A stretch of DNA of 64,000 nt, taken from contig JAQUSN010000002.1 in the NCBI GenBank assembly GCA_028715115.1, positions 210,816-274,815 of the forward strand, in the 5' to 3' direction. This document shows, one piece after another, positions 18,593-28,265 of the stretch. This stretch comes from Patescibacteria group bacterium (GTDB lineage Bacteria > Patescibacteriota > Patescibacteriia > UBA2591 > UBA4787). Position numbers and translations under genes: made by a program. Every line of letters begins with the position of its first letter. The stretch's first letter is position 1. The notes below the pieces were generated by a model. That model was not told the origin of the DNA and did no database searches. It was given only the letters and a program-made list of their open reading frames with translations.

Positions 18593-19051
18593 TCAAATAA
18601 CGATCAAATCTTCATTTTTAATTATTTTTTTTAATTCTAATAATTTATTAACAACATCAGGAATGGTGGAAATTTTTGGCTCGAATTGAGTCAATTTATT
18701 AATCGCTACCCATTGATATTCACTATATTCATCGCTTAATATAATTTCTCCTTCAATATGGCGGGCATAAAAATGTGGCAAAATCATAGAATCACCGCTT
18801 TTCTTTAAGTAAATATGATTAATCGTGAAAATGGGATAAATTTCTATTTTAAATCCTCCTCCGACCTCTTCGTTTTTTTCCCTTTGCAAACCGGCGATAA
18901 AAGATTTATCTGGAGTTTCCATTTTACCGCCTATAAAAGAGTATACCCCATCATAATCATTCTCTCCCTTTCTCTTGCATAGTAAAACACTTGTCATATC
19001 CTTGGAGAAGACTACTGTTTTCTGGCAATATTGAAAATTATATTTTTCCAT
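18593..19051 (-). CDS. NUDIX hydrolase.
   Basis: Nudix box GGKMETPDKSFIAGLQREKNEEVG. Confidence 0.7.
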   Translation of the reverse strand: MEKYNFQYCQKTVVFSKDMTSVLLCKRKGENDYDGVYSFIGGKMETPDKSFIAGLQREKNEEVGGGFKIEIYPIFTINHIYLKKSGDSMILPHFYARHIEGEIILSDEYSEYQWVAINKLTQFEPKISTIPDVVNKLLELKKIIKNEDLIVI

Positions 19052-19065
19052 GAACTAAGGCTTAA

Positions 19066-20652
19066 TTATTGAATTTTTATTGGTTGCCCGTTTCGAGACT
19101 TATCTCTATAGATCGTAATACCTTTTAAATTTAAATCAATGGCCATTAATAAAATATTTTTTATTTCATCTACCGTGGTATCTTCGGAAACATTCACGGT
19201 TTTAGAAATTGATTCATCTACAAATTCCTGTATGGCTGATATTATTAACAACTGATCCTTCGGTGAGATCCTTAACATGTCACGAAAGAATGGTTCTATG
19301 GATTGAGAAGCCTTGATAATAAGGCACGACCGGCCGGTAGGAGGCAAAGAAACAGTGGCGCAATTTCTAATCCCGTGCTCCCTAATCTCTGCATCAAGAG
19401 CCAACCAACTGTCTCTAGAAACAGTTTCGGTTTCTTGACGAGAATATCTTCTAATAATACTATCATCTCCGACATACCTGGATTTTTCAAAATCACCAAA
19501 AGCCCCGCGCTCTAAAGCTAATTCTGATGATGTTTTTTTTGAAATATAATTTATAAAACTAAAAATATTTCTAGCCAACTCTATAGCCTCAGGACTAGCA
19601 TAATCAATTTTTAACTTGGCTAATAAATCTGCAAAGCCGCAAACCCCGAGGCCAATTTTCCTTTTTTTCTTTGCTATGTCCCTACTTGCATCACTTTCAT
19701 ATCGTGAAATATTATATTCAACAGTATCGTCAAGGAATCTCACCACCAATTCAATCGCTTGTTTTAGTCCATCATAATCAATTGAACCATCATTAACAAA
19801 TTGACCAAGATTAATATAGGAAAACTGGCATGTTTCTCCTTCGGCCAAGCCTACTTCTCCGCATGGTGCTAGTGATTTATATGCTCCGGCACTTGGCACC
19901 TGATTATCCCTATTCAATCGATCAACAAAAGACAATCCTGGCTCACCGCTAGTATATATAGATCTTGCCATCTGATCTATTATCTCCGTTGAAGAAACGG
20001 TGCGGCCATCCTTTGAAATAATTGGTTCGCCGTTTTTAATTTTATGAGCGCTGTCCTCGTCAACATTCACTGAAAAATTAAATATCCAAGGACGATTTTT
20101 ATGAGCATTCTTAATCTGAATAAAATCGGTTATTCTTGGATGAGTAATAGCTAAGGACCCCATATTCCCAACTGGTCTAAGCTGCTTATCACTTGCCTGT
20201 CCTTCGATTGCTATATTATTTAAATATTCAATAATTGGAGTTGGATCCTCAATATCATCAAAATTAAAACCCGTACCCATTCCACTATTATGTAAATTGT
20301 CTACAACCCTTTTAACCCTAGATAAATCGCCCCCAAGGTCAACTGACGGAACAATGCAAGCCGATAACGGCTCGTTTTTCATTCTTCCAGCATTCATTAA
20401 AATAGGCGTGCTGGGAATAAATTTTTTGTCTTTTAAAAGCTGAAAGATTTGGGCCTTAAACCGATCGACGCGCTCCTGATCCGAATAAATCGTTTCGACT
20501 TCTGCCACGGCATCTACCACTCGCTGGAAAATTCTCAAAATATTTTCGCCTTTTTCGGCAATACCGAATTTATACAAAGCCTCTTCGCTAATAAATCCTT
20601 CTGTTTCTTCTGAATGTTTTGGATTACTTGCTTCAAAGTGTTCTAGTGTCAT
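19066..20652 (-). CDS. nrdJ: Ribonucleotide reductase, class II (adenosylcobalamin-dependent)-like. The track ORF extends to 20724, but its first 24 codons lie in the dispersed repeat, so the start is more likely MTLEHF at about 20652.
   Basis: PSTPILMNAG, NSGMGTGFNF and APCGEVGLAEGETCQFSYINL motifs of the RNR catalytic barrel. Confidence 0.65.
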   Translation of the reverse strand: MTLEHFEASNPKHSEETEGFISEEALYKFGIAEKGENILRIFQRVVDAVAEVETIYSDQERVDRFKAQIFQLLKDKKFIPSTPILMNAGRMKNEPLSACIVPSVDLGGDLSRVKRVVDNLHNSGMGTGFNFDDIEDPTPIIEYLNNIAIEGQASDKQLRPVGNMGSLAITHPRITDFIQIKNAHKNRPWIFNFSVNVDEDSAHKIKNGEPIISKDGRTVSSTEIIDQMARSIYTSGEPGLSFVDRLNRDNQVPSAGAYKSLAPCGEVGLAEGETCQFSYINLGQFVNDGSIDYDGLKQAIELVVRFLDDTVEYNISRYESDASRDIAKKKRKIGLGVCGFADLLAKLKIDYASPEAIELARNIFSFINYISKKTSSELALERGAFGDFEKSRYVGDDSIIRRYSRQETETVSRDSWLALDAEIREHGIRNCATVSLPPTGRSCLIIKASQSIEPFFRDMLRISPKDQLLIISAIQEFVDESISKTVNVSEDTTVDEIKNILLMAIDLNLKGITIYRDKSRNGQPIKIQ

Positions 20653-20696
20653 TTGGTTAATGAAATTATTATAAAATAAAGTATTTAATTTTTTAT

Positions 20697-20760
20697 ATTT
20701 TGGGGTGGCTCCGCCATTCGCCAATCGGCGAAGGCAGATGCAAGAATGTTAGAACCTATT
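20697..20760 (+). repeat. Copy of the dispersed element (TTTTGGGGTGGCTCCGCC..GGCAGATGCAAGAATGTTAGAACCT).
   Basis: The left end TGGGGTGGCT equals the complement of the 3' end of tRNA-His at 29843. Contains the minigene ATGCAAGAATGTTAG. Confidence 0.5.
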
Positions 20761-21132
20761 TTGTTTTTTCCTTACCCAATTAATAATAAATAAAACTCCT
20801 ATAAAGAATGCCGGACCAGCAACCATTAAAATCCAAGATACCATATACCACTGAAATGAATCTTTTAATATATTAACCAATATTAATATAACATATAATA
20901 TACCGGCCATAATAAAGACAATTCCGCTAATGATCTCTCGTTTCCAAAATGTTATCAAAATAATTAATAGAATAAATACCGGGATATTATGTATAAATAA
21001 TCCTATAATTATTTGCCAAAAACTTAATTCGGGAGAAATAATATCAAGCGAAAATAAGGTTAAAAAAAAGATAAATATTATTGATAAAATTCTTGGCGCC
21101 CAATATATAAATTTATTTATTTTTTGATTCAT
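20749..21132 (-). CDS. Hypothetical polytopic membrane protein.
   Basis: Four predicted TM helices. No family recognised. Confidence 0.4.
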   Translation of the reverse strand: MNQKINKFIYWAPRILSIIFIFFLTLFSLDIISPELSFWQIIIGLFIHNIPVFILLIILITFWKREIISGIVFIMAGILYVILILVNILKDSFQWYMVSWILMVAGPAFFIGVLFIINWVRKKQNRF

Positions 21133-21340
21133 AAACTAATTATAATCAGAAAAATTTTTAAAGCAAGAGGCCAAAAACCCTTATACAGAAAGATTAGGGC
21201 CGGTCTTGCACCATAAGCCAAAAAAATTCCCGGAAAATAAATTATAAACCACCTTAGACCATAGTATTTATGTTTGCATACTATAAGATTGCCCCCGCAT
21301 TCTCCTTTATCTATAACCTCAACAGAATATCCGTCTGATA

Positions 21341-24007
21341 TTAAACTAATTTATATGTTTTTTTATGTTTAACAATAAAATAGTATTTTACTATTTCAAT
21401 TAACAAAACATTTATTAGTCCCAGTCCCCCTATAATTATCCATGGGGATGCTGGCAAGGCAACTGTGCCCAATAATCGATTTAAAAATGGTAAATATACT
21501 GCTAATAACAAACCCAGAATACTCAAAAACCACGCACCAACTAAAAACTTATTATTCAGCAGATTAATATTCCACAAATTTTTTCTTAAACTCTTACAGC
21601 AAAAAACATACAACATAGAATCCACGGCAAGGGAGGCAAATATAATTGTTCTTACATATTCTATATTATGATTATTATTCCAGAGCCAAAAAAACAATCC
21701 TAAAAGTATAAAATCAGTTAATAAACCTATAACAAAAATAATTATCTTCATTTCTTTTGTTAATAGGGGGGTATTTTTACTTTGTGGTTTTTGTTTCATT
21801 AAATCTTTTTCTTTCGGCTCAAATGCTAGGGCAATATTGGGAAGCCCATCTTCTAGTAAATTGATCCATAAAATCTGAACAGCTGTCACTGGCAGAGGAA
21901 GACCCAACATTATACTAACCCCTATTAAAACTATCTCGGTAGAACTATCTGATAAGAGATATGTAATTACCTTTCTTATATTATCTAAGATTGATCTACC
22001 CTCTTCTACCGCTGATACAATAACAGAAAAATCATCTGTTAGAAGAACCATATCTGAAACCTCTTTTGCGACTTCTGTTCCAGACCCCAAAGCAACTCCT
22101 ATATTAGCTTGTTTTAGCGCCGGAGTATCATTAATTCCATCGCCTGTCATGGCAACCACCTCTCCTACGGCCTGCCAGGCTTTTATAATTCTTAGCTTAT
22201 GTTTAGGTTCAACTCGTGCATAAATATCTATATCTTTAAATCTAGAATTAAATTTCTCCTCTGACATTTTGTCTAAATCTCTACCCTCTAAAATATTTTT
22301 GTCTTTTATATTTAATCCCAATTTATTTGCAACCGACTTTGCGGTTAATTTATGATCTCCGGTAACAATAATAGCCCGCATTCCTGCCTGATAACATTTT
22401 TGTATAGCCTGTTTTGCTGATTTGCGAACTGGATCTTCTAAAAAAATAAATCCTGCAAAAATTAAATCATGTAGAGATTCGTCAGGATTTAAGTGCTGAC
22501 TTTGTATGTTTTTATAGGCTGTGCCTAAAACTCTATACCCATCGGTAGTTAATTTTTCGTACTTTTTGTTTAAAAAATCCCTTAGCTCCCTATTTATTTC
22601 AATTTTCTTGTTTTTTGAATATAAATATTTTGATTTCTCTAAAATTACCTCCGGAGCACCTTTCATATAAATAATATTTTCATTATTATTGGTAGATGAT
22701 TTTCTTAGTGTGGTAGAATATTTATATTCAGAACTAAATGAAATCTGATCAATTTGCGGTTCTAATTCTTCTAATTTATTTTTAATGAAATCATATTTAG
22801 CCCCCTCTAAAATTATTGATTTTTCCGTAGACATTCCTGTAATTTTCCAATTTTCTGGTTTATCTTCTGGATTTTCGATAAAAGACTCACTACATAAAAT
22901 AGCTATTTTAATAACTAAACTTTCATCTTCTGGACTACTTTCAGCGTATGTGTAAACTCCCGCTACACTCATTTTTCCTTCTGTTAATGTGCCTGTTTTA
23001 TCGGTTGCAATTATTGATGTACTACCAAGCGTCTCAGCTGCAGACAATTTTCTTACTAAACCATTTTTTTTAAAAATTTTCTGCATACCAATAGCTAAAA
23101 TAACTGTCATTGCTACTGGTAGGCCCTCAGGAATAGATGCCACGGCCACAGCAACAGCTGTAACAAAAATTTCAAAAAAATTTCTACCGACTAAAATACC
23201 CTCAATAAAAACAGCAAAACAAATTAATAATATTATGAGTCCAATAATTTTAGAAAAATTAGCTAATTTTTTTTGATAAGGTGTTGCATCTTCTTTTGCG
23301 CCCCTAACCAAGCTAGTAATCTTGCCAATTTCTGTTTTTATTCCACTGCTTGTGACAATAAACTTAGCACGACCATCTTCAACAACGGTGCCCATATAAA
23401 CCATATTATCTCTATCCGCAAGTGAAATGCCCTCCTCTAAAATTTTATTATCTTTTGATGCTGATAACCATTCTCCGGTTAAAGTCGATTCATTAACTTT
23501 TAAATTATTTACATCTATCAATCTGCCATCCGCTGGTACCTTGTCCCCGGGCCTTAATAAAACGATATCCCCAGGAACAAGTTCTTCTGCTAAAACCTCT
23601 TTCTCTCTTCCATCTCTTAAAACAATGGTCTTTATACTTAAAACATTTTTTAGTTTTCTAAGAGCTTTTGACGACTTGCTTTCCTGTATATAACCCACAA
23701 ATGTATTTATAAATACAGCGAAAAAAATCACCCCGGAATCAGTATATTCTTTCAATAATAAAGTTATTATTCCGGCTAATAGTAGGATGTAAATTAAGGG
23801 GCTCTTCAATTGCTCTAAAAAAATTATCAACTGAGATAGTGGTTTTTCTTGAGGAAGTTTGTTCTTACCAAATTTTTTTTGGTTAATCTCTACTTGATCC
23901 ATCGATAAACCATTTTTCAAATCAGAATAAAAGTGTTTTATTACTTCATTTATAGAAATGGCGTGCCAAATAATTTTACTATTTAATTCTTTTAATATAC
24001 TGCTCAT
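21341..24007 (-). CDS. Cation-transporting P-type ATPase (P2, Ca2+/Mg2+-type).
   Basis: DKTGTLT phosphorylation site, TGDGINDTPAL hinge motif, 10 TM topology. Confidence 0.85.
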   Translation of the reverse strand: MSSILKELNSKIIWHAISINEVIKHFYSDLKNGLSMDQVEINQKKFGKNKLPQEKPLSQLIIFLEQLKSPLIYILLLAGIITLLLKEYTDSGVIFFAVFINTFVGYIQESKSSKALRKLKNVLSIKTIVLRDGREKEVLAEELVPGDIVLLRPGDKVPADGRLIDVNNLKVNESTLTGEWLSASKDNKILEEGISLADRDNMVYMGTVVEDGRAKFIVTSSGIKTEIGKITSLVRGAKEDATPYQKKLANFSKIIGLIILLICFAVFIEGILVGRNFFEIFVTAVAVAVASIPEGLPVAMTVILAIGMQKIFKKNGLVRKLSAAETLGSTSIIATDKTGTLTEGKMSVAGVYTYAESSPEDESLVIKIAILCSESFIENPEDKPENWKITGMSTEKSIILEGAKYDFIKNKLEELEPQIDQISFSSEYKYSTTLRKSSTNNNENIIYMKGAPEVILEKSKYLYSKNKKIEINRELRDFLNKKYEKLTTDGYRVLGTAYKNIQSQHLNPDESLHDLIFAGFIFLEDPVRKSAKQAIQKCYQAGMRAIIVTGDHKLTAKSVANKLGLNIKDKNILEGRDLDKMSEEKFNSRFKDIDIYARVEPKHKLRIIKAWQAVGEVVAMTGDGINDTPALKQANIGVALGSGTEVAKEVSDMVLLTDDFSVIVSAVEEGRSILDNIRKVITYLLSDSSTEIVLIGVSIMLGLPLPVTAVQILWINLLEDGLPNIALAFEPKEKDLMKQKPQSKNTPLLTKEMKIIIFVIGLLTDFILLGLFFWLWNNNHNIEYVRTIIFASLAVDSMLYVFCCKSLRKNLWNINLLNNKFLVGAWFLSILGLLLAVYLPFLNRLLGTVALPASPWIIIGGLGLINVLLIEIVKYYFIVKHKKTYKLV

Positions 24008-24232
24008 TTTAAAAAATTGAAATTATAAATTAAATGACTTATATGTAAACACAAACTATTATATATTGTATCATGAAGAGTTAAATTTATTAAAATTATA
24101 ATTATTTCGGATATTATTATTCTATCACCATACTTTTATTTCTGGCGGAATTACTTACGATATATGACAAAAAATTTAAGGTTATCATTTTCATCAACTA
24201 TATCAAATAATTCTTCGTTCATAGATTATTTT

Positions 24233-24859
24233 TTAAAATTTAACTTCTTGACCGTCTCCGATAAACCCACAAATACCGTCTTCGCAAAACATGCCCTGTC
24301 CATCTCGTAATATATGCAATGGATGTTTGAGGTTTTTTAAGTTTCGCCTCACTGATTCTTCTTTATCATCATTATAATGAACCTTTAGAACAAAGGGCAC
24401 ATAATTTAAGGCAGTATAATCAGTTATTCCAAATTTATCTTTACCGTCTTGATTCCAATTGGCTACCTCGATGGTTGGACACATAATATAAGACCCGCAA
24501 CTTGTGCCAACATAAACTCTACCTTCATCAAGTAGCTCTTTAAGAATATCGGCAAAACCGGTTTCTCTTATCGCTTTTAATAAATAGAAAGTATTACCGG
24601 CTTCAATGTAAACGACATTTTTATCTTTAAAAAAATCTTTTATTTCCTGCTTGGTTTTCCCTTCTATATCAAAATCTTCGATATTATAGCCATTTTCTTT
24701 TATCGTCTCTGTTATTTTCTTGAAAAAATCTATATGAGTACGAGACACTTTATAGGCAGTTATAATATGACCGATTTTCATCTCACTCTTTGAAATGCCA
24801 GTTAAATTAAAACCGTACTTAAGAATAAATGTATAATCTGATCCAAGTATTAATTTCAT
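24233..24859 (-). CDS. Peptidase S51 (dipeptidase E-like) family protein.
   Basis: GTSCGSYIM nucleophile motif and overall S51 fold pattern. Confidence 0.6.
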   Translation of the reverse strand: MKLILGSDYTFILKYGFNLTGISKSEMKIGHIITAYKVSRTHIDFFKKITETIKENGYNIEDFDIEGKTKQEIKDFFKDKNVVYIEAGNTFYLLKAIRETGFADILKELLDEGRVYVGTSCGSYIMCPTIEVANWNQDGKDKFGITDYTALNYVPFVLKVHYNDDKEESVRRNLKNLKHPLHILRDGQGMFCEDGICGFIGDGQEVKF

Positions 24860-24879
24860 ATTTTAATTATAAATAAAAA

Positions 24880-24963
24880 TTGCCCAAATGGCAATAGTTA
24901 TATAAAAACGGTCTGGGGTCACTCCGCCAGTTGGCGGATGCAAGAATGTTAGAACCTGTTGCT
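24880..24963 (+). repeat. Full-length copy of the dispersed element (CCAAATGGCAATAGTTATATAAAAACGGTCTGGGGTCACTCCGCCAGTTGGCGGATGCAAGAATGTTAGAACCTGTT).
   Basis: Shares both the AAATGGCAATAGTTATAATAAAAAC and the TCTGGGGT..TTAGAACCTGTT modules with the copies at 25785, 28198 and 29420. Confidence 0.55.
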
Positions 24964-25107
24964 ACCCTACCCCTTAACTCGAGATGTGTTTTTCTGGAAG
25001 ACTGAGACGATTTTCGAACTTTTAGGTTAGCTTAATTTAATTACCTTTAATTCTAAAAATCGCTCTTTTTAAAGAACGACTTTTAGAATAATTATTATTG
25101 GTAATAA

Positions 25108-25740
25108 TTAATTAAACAATTTCAATAACCAACCAAATAGGCTAAATTTTCCTTCTTGTGCCTTTATAAAATTTTCAATTTTTGTCTGTTCCTGCTCTAA
25201 TATTTTAATTTGACTCTGGATTTCTGTTTGATCGCCTTCGTTTTGATTATTTTCCATTAACCTGTTTAATTGCTCTAACCTGTTTCTAGTTCTAACGGTT
25301 TCACTTCTTAAAGCACCGAGGTTTTTGTAATCAGAACCAAAAAGAAATGTTTTAATTTGACTTCTGGTCTGAATTTTTTCCATTGATTGAAGGGATTTTT
25401 CCGTTGATTGATTTTGTTCTTGAGCGATTACTCTAACTTGCTCTCCGATTCCCTCCTCTCTGTCAGCAACCCCTAAAAGACTTTGAACAAAATTTGTTAC
25501 GGTGCTTTTGTGGGCTTGAACCGAAAGCTGTTCCTGTTGTTGAGCTTGTAATTGTTCCTGATTCTGTTCCTGATTCTGTTCCTGATTCTGTTCCTGCCCT
25601 ACATTCATCTCTTGATTCTGTTCACGACTTTGTACTTGATTCATGTTTTGTGCTCTCGCATTAACGCTAAAAGCTAAAGAAAAGACAAGAACCATTGTTA
25701 AAATAACTACGAATAATTTAATTTTTTTGATATTTTCCAT
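25108..25740 (-). CDS. Secreted coiled-coil protein, paralog of 9026..9652, with an N-terminal QNQE tandem repeat.
   Basis: Signal peptide. 12 nt tandem repeat (TTCCTGATTCTG x3-4 at about 25560-25600, coding QNQEQNQE..). Conserved C-terminal region shared with 9026..9652. Confidence 0.6.
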   Translation of the reverse strand: MENIKKIKLFVVILTMVLVFSLAFSVNARAQNMNQVQSREQNQEMNVGQEQNQEQNQEQNQEQLQAQQQEQLSVQAHKSTVTNFVQSLLGVADREEGIGEQVRVIAQEQNQSTEKSLQSMEKIQTRSQIKTFLFGSDYKNLGALRSETVRTRNRLEQLNRLMENNQNEGDQTEIQSQIKILEQEQTKIENFIKAQEGKFSLFGWLLKLFN

Positions 25741-25784
25741 AGTTTTTTTAGTTTTAATAAATCGACCTTTCGTTTATTCTATCA

Positions 25785-25858
25785 AAAAACCGCCTAAATG
25801 GCAATAGTTATAATAAAAACTTCTGGGGTGGTCTATTAGACACTATTAGAACCTGTTT
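25785..25858 (+). repeat. Copy of the dispersed element (AACCGCCTAAATGGCAATAGTTATAATAAAAACTTCTGGGGTGGTCTATTAGACACTATTAGAACCTGTT).
   Basis: As above. The central part is divergent. Confidence 0.5.
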
Positions 25859-25988
25859 TGATAAAGAGAGATTTGGGTTTGTGAGAGAGTGGATTTAGAT
25901 AAAATCTGCTTGGCTAAAGCCATTTCGCTACGTAAAATTACAATATTCTTTATTAACTATAATTTGGACTAAAAATAGATAATCAAAA

Positions 25989-26219
25989 TTACTTATTTCT
26001 TATTCCCTTTAAAATTACAGCACTTAAGATAAAGGCAATGGTAAAAAATATCGCTCCGTAAAAACAAGGCGTCAAAAAGGGATTAACCAGACCCTGAACG
26101 CAGCCAGTAGTGCAGACTCGTTTGTTGAGCCAATTAACCAATTCAATCGTAAAGATAACCCAAGCGAATATGGTGCCGCCCAGCAAGATTATAAATTGGG
26201 TTAAAATAGTTTTTTTCAT
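25989..26219 (-). CDS. Small two-TM membrane protein with a CxxC motif (CTTGC).
   Basis: 76 aa, hydrophobic. No family assigned. Confidence 0.35.
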   Translation of the reverse strand: MKKTILTQFIILLGGTIFAWVIFTIELVNWLNKRVCTTGCVQGLVNPFLTPCFYGAIFFTIAFILSAVILKGIRNK

Positions 26220-26273
26220 AATAATCTTTATTAATGTTAATCGTATTAAATCAGAAGAAAATTAAAAAAATAT

Positions 26274-26555
26274 TTATTGATTCTTTTTTATTTTAATCGC
26301 TTTGCCTTCAACCAAAGCCTCGGCAATTTTTTGTCTAGCTGATGTTAGAATTCTTTGTAATGTGCTTTGGGAAATCTTCATTTTCTTCGCCGCCTCTGTT
26401 TGCTCAAAATTTTTAGAATCACACAGTCTAATTGCTTCTAATTCATCAGCCTTCAATTCAACCTCTTCTAACATTGAAAGAGGAACGGCTCTTGGCTTAA
26501 AGTAAACTACGTTTGGATTGAATTTTATTAATCTTGATATTTGTGGTCTTGTCAT
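26274..26555 (-). CDS. DUF134 (UPF0251) predicted DNA-binding protein.
   Basis: Typical DUF134 sequence with a C-terminal sigma-70 region-4-like HTH (ISQSTLQRIL). Confidence 0.65.
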   Translation of the reverse strand: MTRPQISRLIKFNPNVVYFKPRAVPLSMLEEVELKADELEAIRLCDSKNFEQTEAAKKMKISQSTLQRILTSARQKIAEALVEGKAIKIKKNQ

Positions 26556-26637
26556 ATTCTATATTTTATGTTAATCTTTTTTTGGAAGAAGGCCCCCGGC
26601 CCCTTATTGCAAAGAGGCCGGTTCCCGGTGCCTTCTT

Positions 26638-26898
26638 TTATTTTTGCTGGTCTTTCAGGGCAGCTTTTTCTTCACGAATTGCCGCCAGCTTTTCTTCAAG
26701 ATTTTTTTCTTCTTTTTCTAAAGCAGCTAGTTCATTTTTAGGAGAGATAAATCTTCTAAAACCGAAGCTATAGCCATAGCCGCATCCGCATCCGCAACCA
26801 CGGCCCCGCCTCATTCCCATACCACCACCGCAAGGACCCATCCCTCGACCAGTACCAGCACCTTGTCCCATTGGACCAGTTCCATCTAATTTTGGCAT
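26638..26898 (-). CDS. DUF5320-like Gly/Cys-rich protein with a C-terminal coiled coil.
   Basis: MPKLDGTGPMGQGAGTGRGMGPCGGG N-terminus and CGCGCG run typical of DUF5320. This family is commonly adjacent to DUF134. Confidence 0.55.
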   Translation of the reverse strand: MPKLDGTGPMGQGAGTGRGMGPCGGGMGMRRGRGCGCGCGYGYSFGFRRFISPKNELAALEKEEKNLEEKLAAIREEKAALKDQQK

Positions 26899-27014
26899 AG
26901 TTTTAAAGTTAGTTGTTGATAATGGCAGAGTGACCTTTATTATCCCTGCCTATTATGAATATATATTCAAAACTATCTTTTGTCAAATTATACCTGTGGA
27001 TAAGTTAAAATAAA

Positions 27015-27090
27015 AAAATCGCCTAATTAGCAACACTTTTTAGACTCAAGTCTTCTCTAGGTCCCTTATGCAAGGACGTTAGAACCCGGA
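27015..27090 (+). repeat. Copy of the dispersed element (..TCTCTAGGTCCCTTATGCAAGGACGTTAGAACCC). It is the left direct repeat of cassette h.
   Basis: 19 nt (27068-27086, ATGCAAGGACGTTAGAACC) identical to 27712-27730. Confidence 0.55.
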
Positions 27091-27119
27091 TATTGATAAA
27101 TATGGCTAAAATGGGGGTC

Positions 27120-27147
27120 TTGACAAAAGGATAAAATGTGATATGAT
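27120..27147 (+). promoter_or_regulatory. Promoter CTTGACAAAAGGATAAAATGTGATATGAT (cassette h).
   Basis: -35 TTGACA, 16 nt spacer, -10 TATGAT. Confidence 0.5.
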
Positions 27148-27218
27148 ATAAGTACAGAATTCAATAGAGTCTTCTAATCCCTTGTCTCACGACAAGGATA
27201 TTCTCAAGGAGGTAACTC

Positions 27219-27605
27219 ATGAAAAAGCTGGCCCTGTTTGCAACGTATAGCGTTTTGACGTGGGGGTGCATTTTCGCCACGACCCACAAGCCCCTCCCTG
27301 GCCTCATCGGCATTCTGTTGTATGCAGTATTGGTTCTCTACTTCGATGTCGAGGACCGCAGATGGTGGGCTCGCAACCACAAACGGACACAGTCACCTGC
27401 ACCCAACTTCGACGTCATCACGGGATATAGTTGGCTGATGGTAGGCGCAGTCTCTTTCTTGGTGAGCCTACCCTTCATGCCAAGCACCGCCACCATCTTC
27501 CATGTCTTCGCTCCTACGTTTGTAACGACCATCATCGCCGGAGCTATCAACACGCTGATGAGACTACACCAAAACAGCCACGACCAGAAAGTCGTCAGAG
27601 GCTAA
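27219..27605 (+). CDS. GC-rich membrane protein of 128 aa.
   Basis: AAGGAGG ribosome-binding site 6 nt upstream. 3-4 TM helices. The 5' UTR contains a CCTTGTC..GACAAGG hairpin. Confidence 0.5.
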   Translation: MKKLALFATYSVLTWGCIFATTHKPLPGLIGILLYAVLVLYFDVEDRRWWARNHKRTQSPAPNFDVITGYSWLMVGAVSFLVSLPFMPSTATIFHVFAPTFVTTIIAGAINTLMRLHQNSHDQKVVRG

Positions 27606-27624
27606 GGCCTCGTTCCGACAAATA

Positions 27625-27698
27625 AGGGGACACGAACAGTAGCGTGACCCCTTTTCAGTTAACAAAAAAAGAGTAATCACTTACTCTCTTTTTATTTT
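27625..27698 (+). terminator. Two hairpins, the second being a variant of the shared module (ACAAAAAAAGAGTAATCACTTACTCTCTTTTTATTTT).
   Basis: AGAGTAA..TTACTCT stem flanked by an A tract and a T tract. Confidence 0.55.
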
Positions 27699-27735
27699 AA
27701 GGAGGTCACCTATGCAAGGACGTTAGAACCTGTTG
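27699..27735 (+). repeat. Copy of the dispersed element (AAGGAGGTCACCTATGCAAGGACGTTAGAACCTGTT). It is the right direct repeat of cassette h and contains an SD + ATG-CAA-GGA-CGT-TAG minigene.
   Basis: Identical 19-mer to the copy at 27068. Confidence 0.55.
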
Positions 27736-28175
27736 CGAAGTTGTTTAAGGTGAAAATTTAAAAACTTTCTTTGTTCCGAAATTATATTATTAGGCAACTT
27801 GTTAAAAATTGCTATTTTTGTAGCTTCTTTATTAAGTTTAAATTTTTCTGATTCGGGTTTACATAAAAGAGCTAAACCAATTGTTCGTCCATATCCCCGC
27901 TCTTTCCGTTCGCTAGGATATTCAATAAAGCCAATGCTTTTTATTATTTTAACCGAAACACCAATCTCTTCTTTAGAAATTCTAGTAGCCGCCCTTCTTA
28001 TCGTTTCGTTATACAAAACCGTTCCCCCTGGAATATGCCATTGATTATACCAGTGCGGAAGGTCTCTTAGAGTTAAGACTATTCCTTTTTTTGTTTTAAC
28101 AACAAGCTCAATGGTTAATCTTGGAACCTTGGAATATATTTGCTTAAATTCTTTTAAAGAAAATGGTTTTCCCAT
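27723..28175 (-). CDS. NUDIX-like hydrolase (GDP-mannose mannosyl hydrolase-like variant).
   Basis: Degenerate Nudix box GGTVLYNETIRRAATRISKEEIG. Adjacent to a glycosyltransferase. Confidence 0.45.
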   Translation of the reverse strand: MGKPFSLKEFKQIYSKVPRLTIELVVKTKKGIVLTLRDLPHWYNQWHIPGGTVLYNETIRRAATRISKEEIGVSVKIIKSIGFIEYPSERKERGYGRTIGLALLCKPESEKFKLNKEATKIAIFNKLPNNIISEQRKFLNFHLKQLRNRF

Positions 28176-28197
28176 ATCATTTATTCTATCAAAGAAT

Positions 28198-28265
28198 TAC
28201 CAAATGGCAATAGTTATAATAAACCGATCTGGGGTCCCTTATGCAACTATTTTACTTAGAACTAG
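28198..28265 (+). repeat. Copy of the dispersed element (CCAAATGGCAATAGTTATAATAAACCGATCTGGGGTCCCTTATGCAACTATTTTACTTAGAACTAG).
   Basis: Both modules are present. The right end is divergent. Confidence 0.5.

Noticed and set aside
20653-20724. N-terminal 24 codons of the track ORF for ribonucleotide reductase (MANGGATPKYKK..).
   Set aside because: These codons are translated from the dispersed repeat element. The conserved RNR sequence starts at MTLEHF.
26534-26773. Plus-strand ORFs (26534..26773, 26541..26741) across the DUF134/DUF5320 spacer.
   Set aside because: They are antisense to two family-assignable genes and span a GC-rich hairpin. There are no signals.
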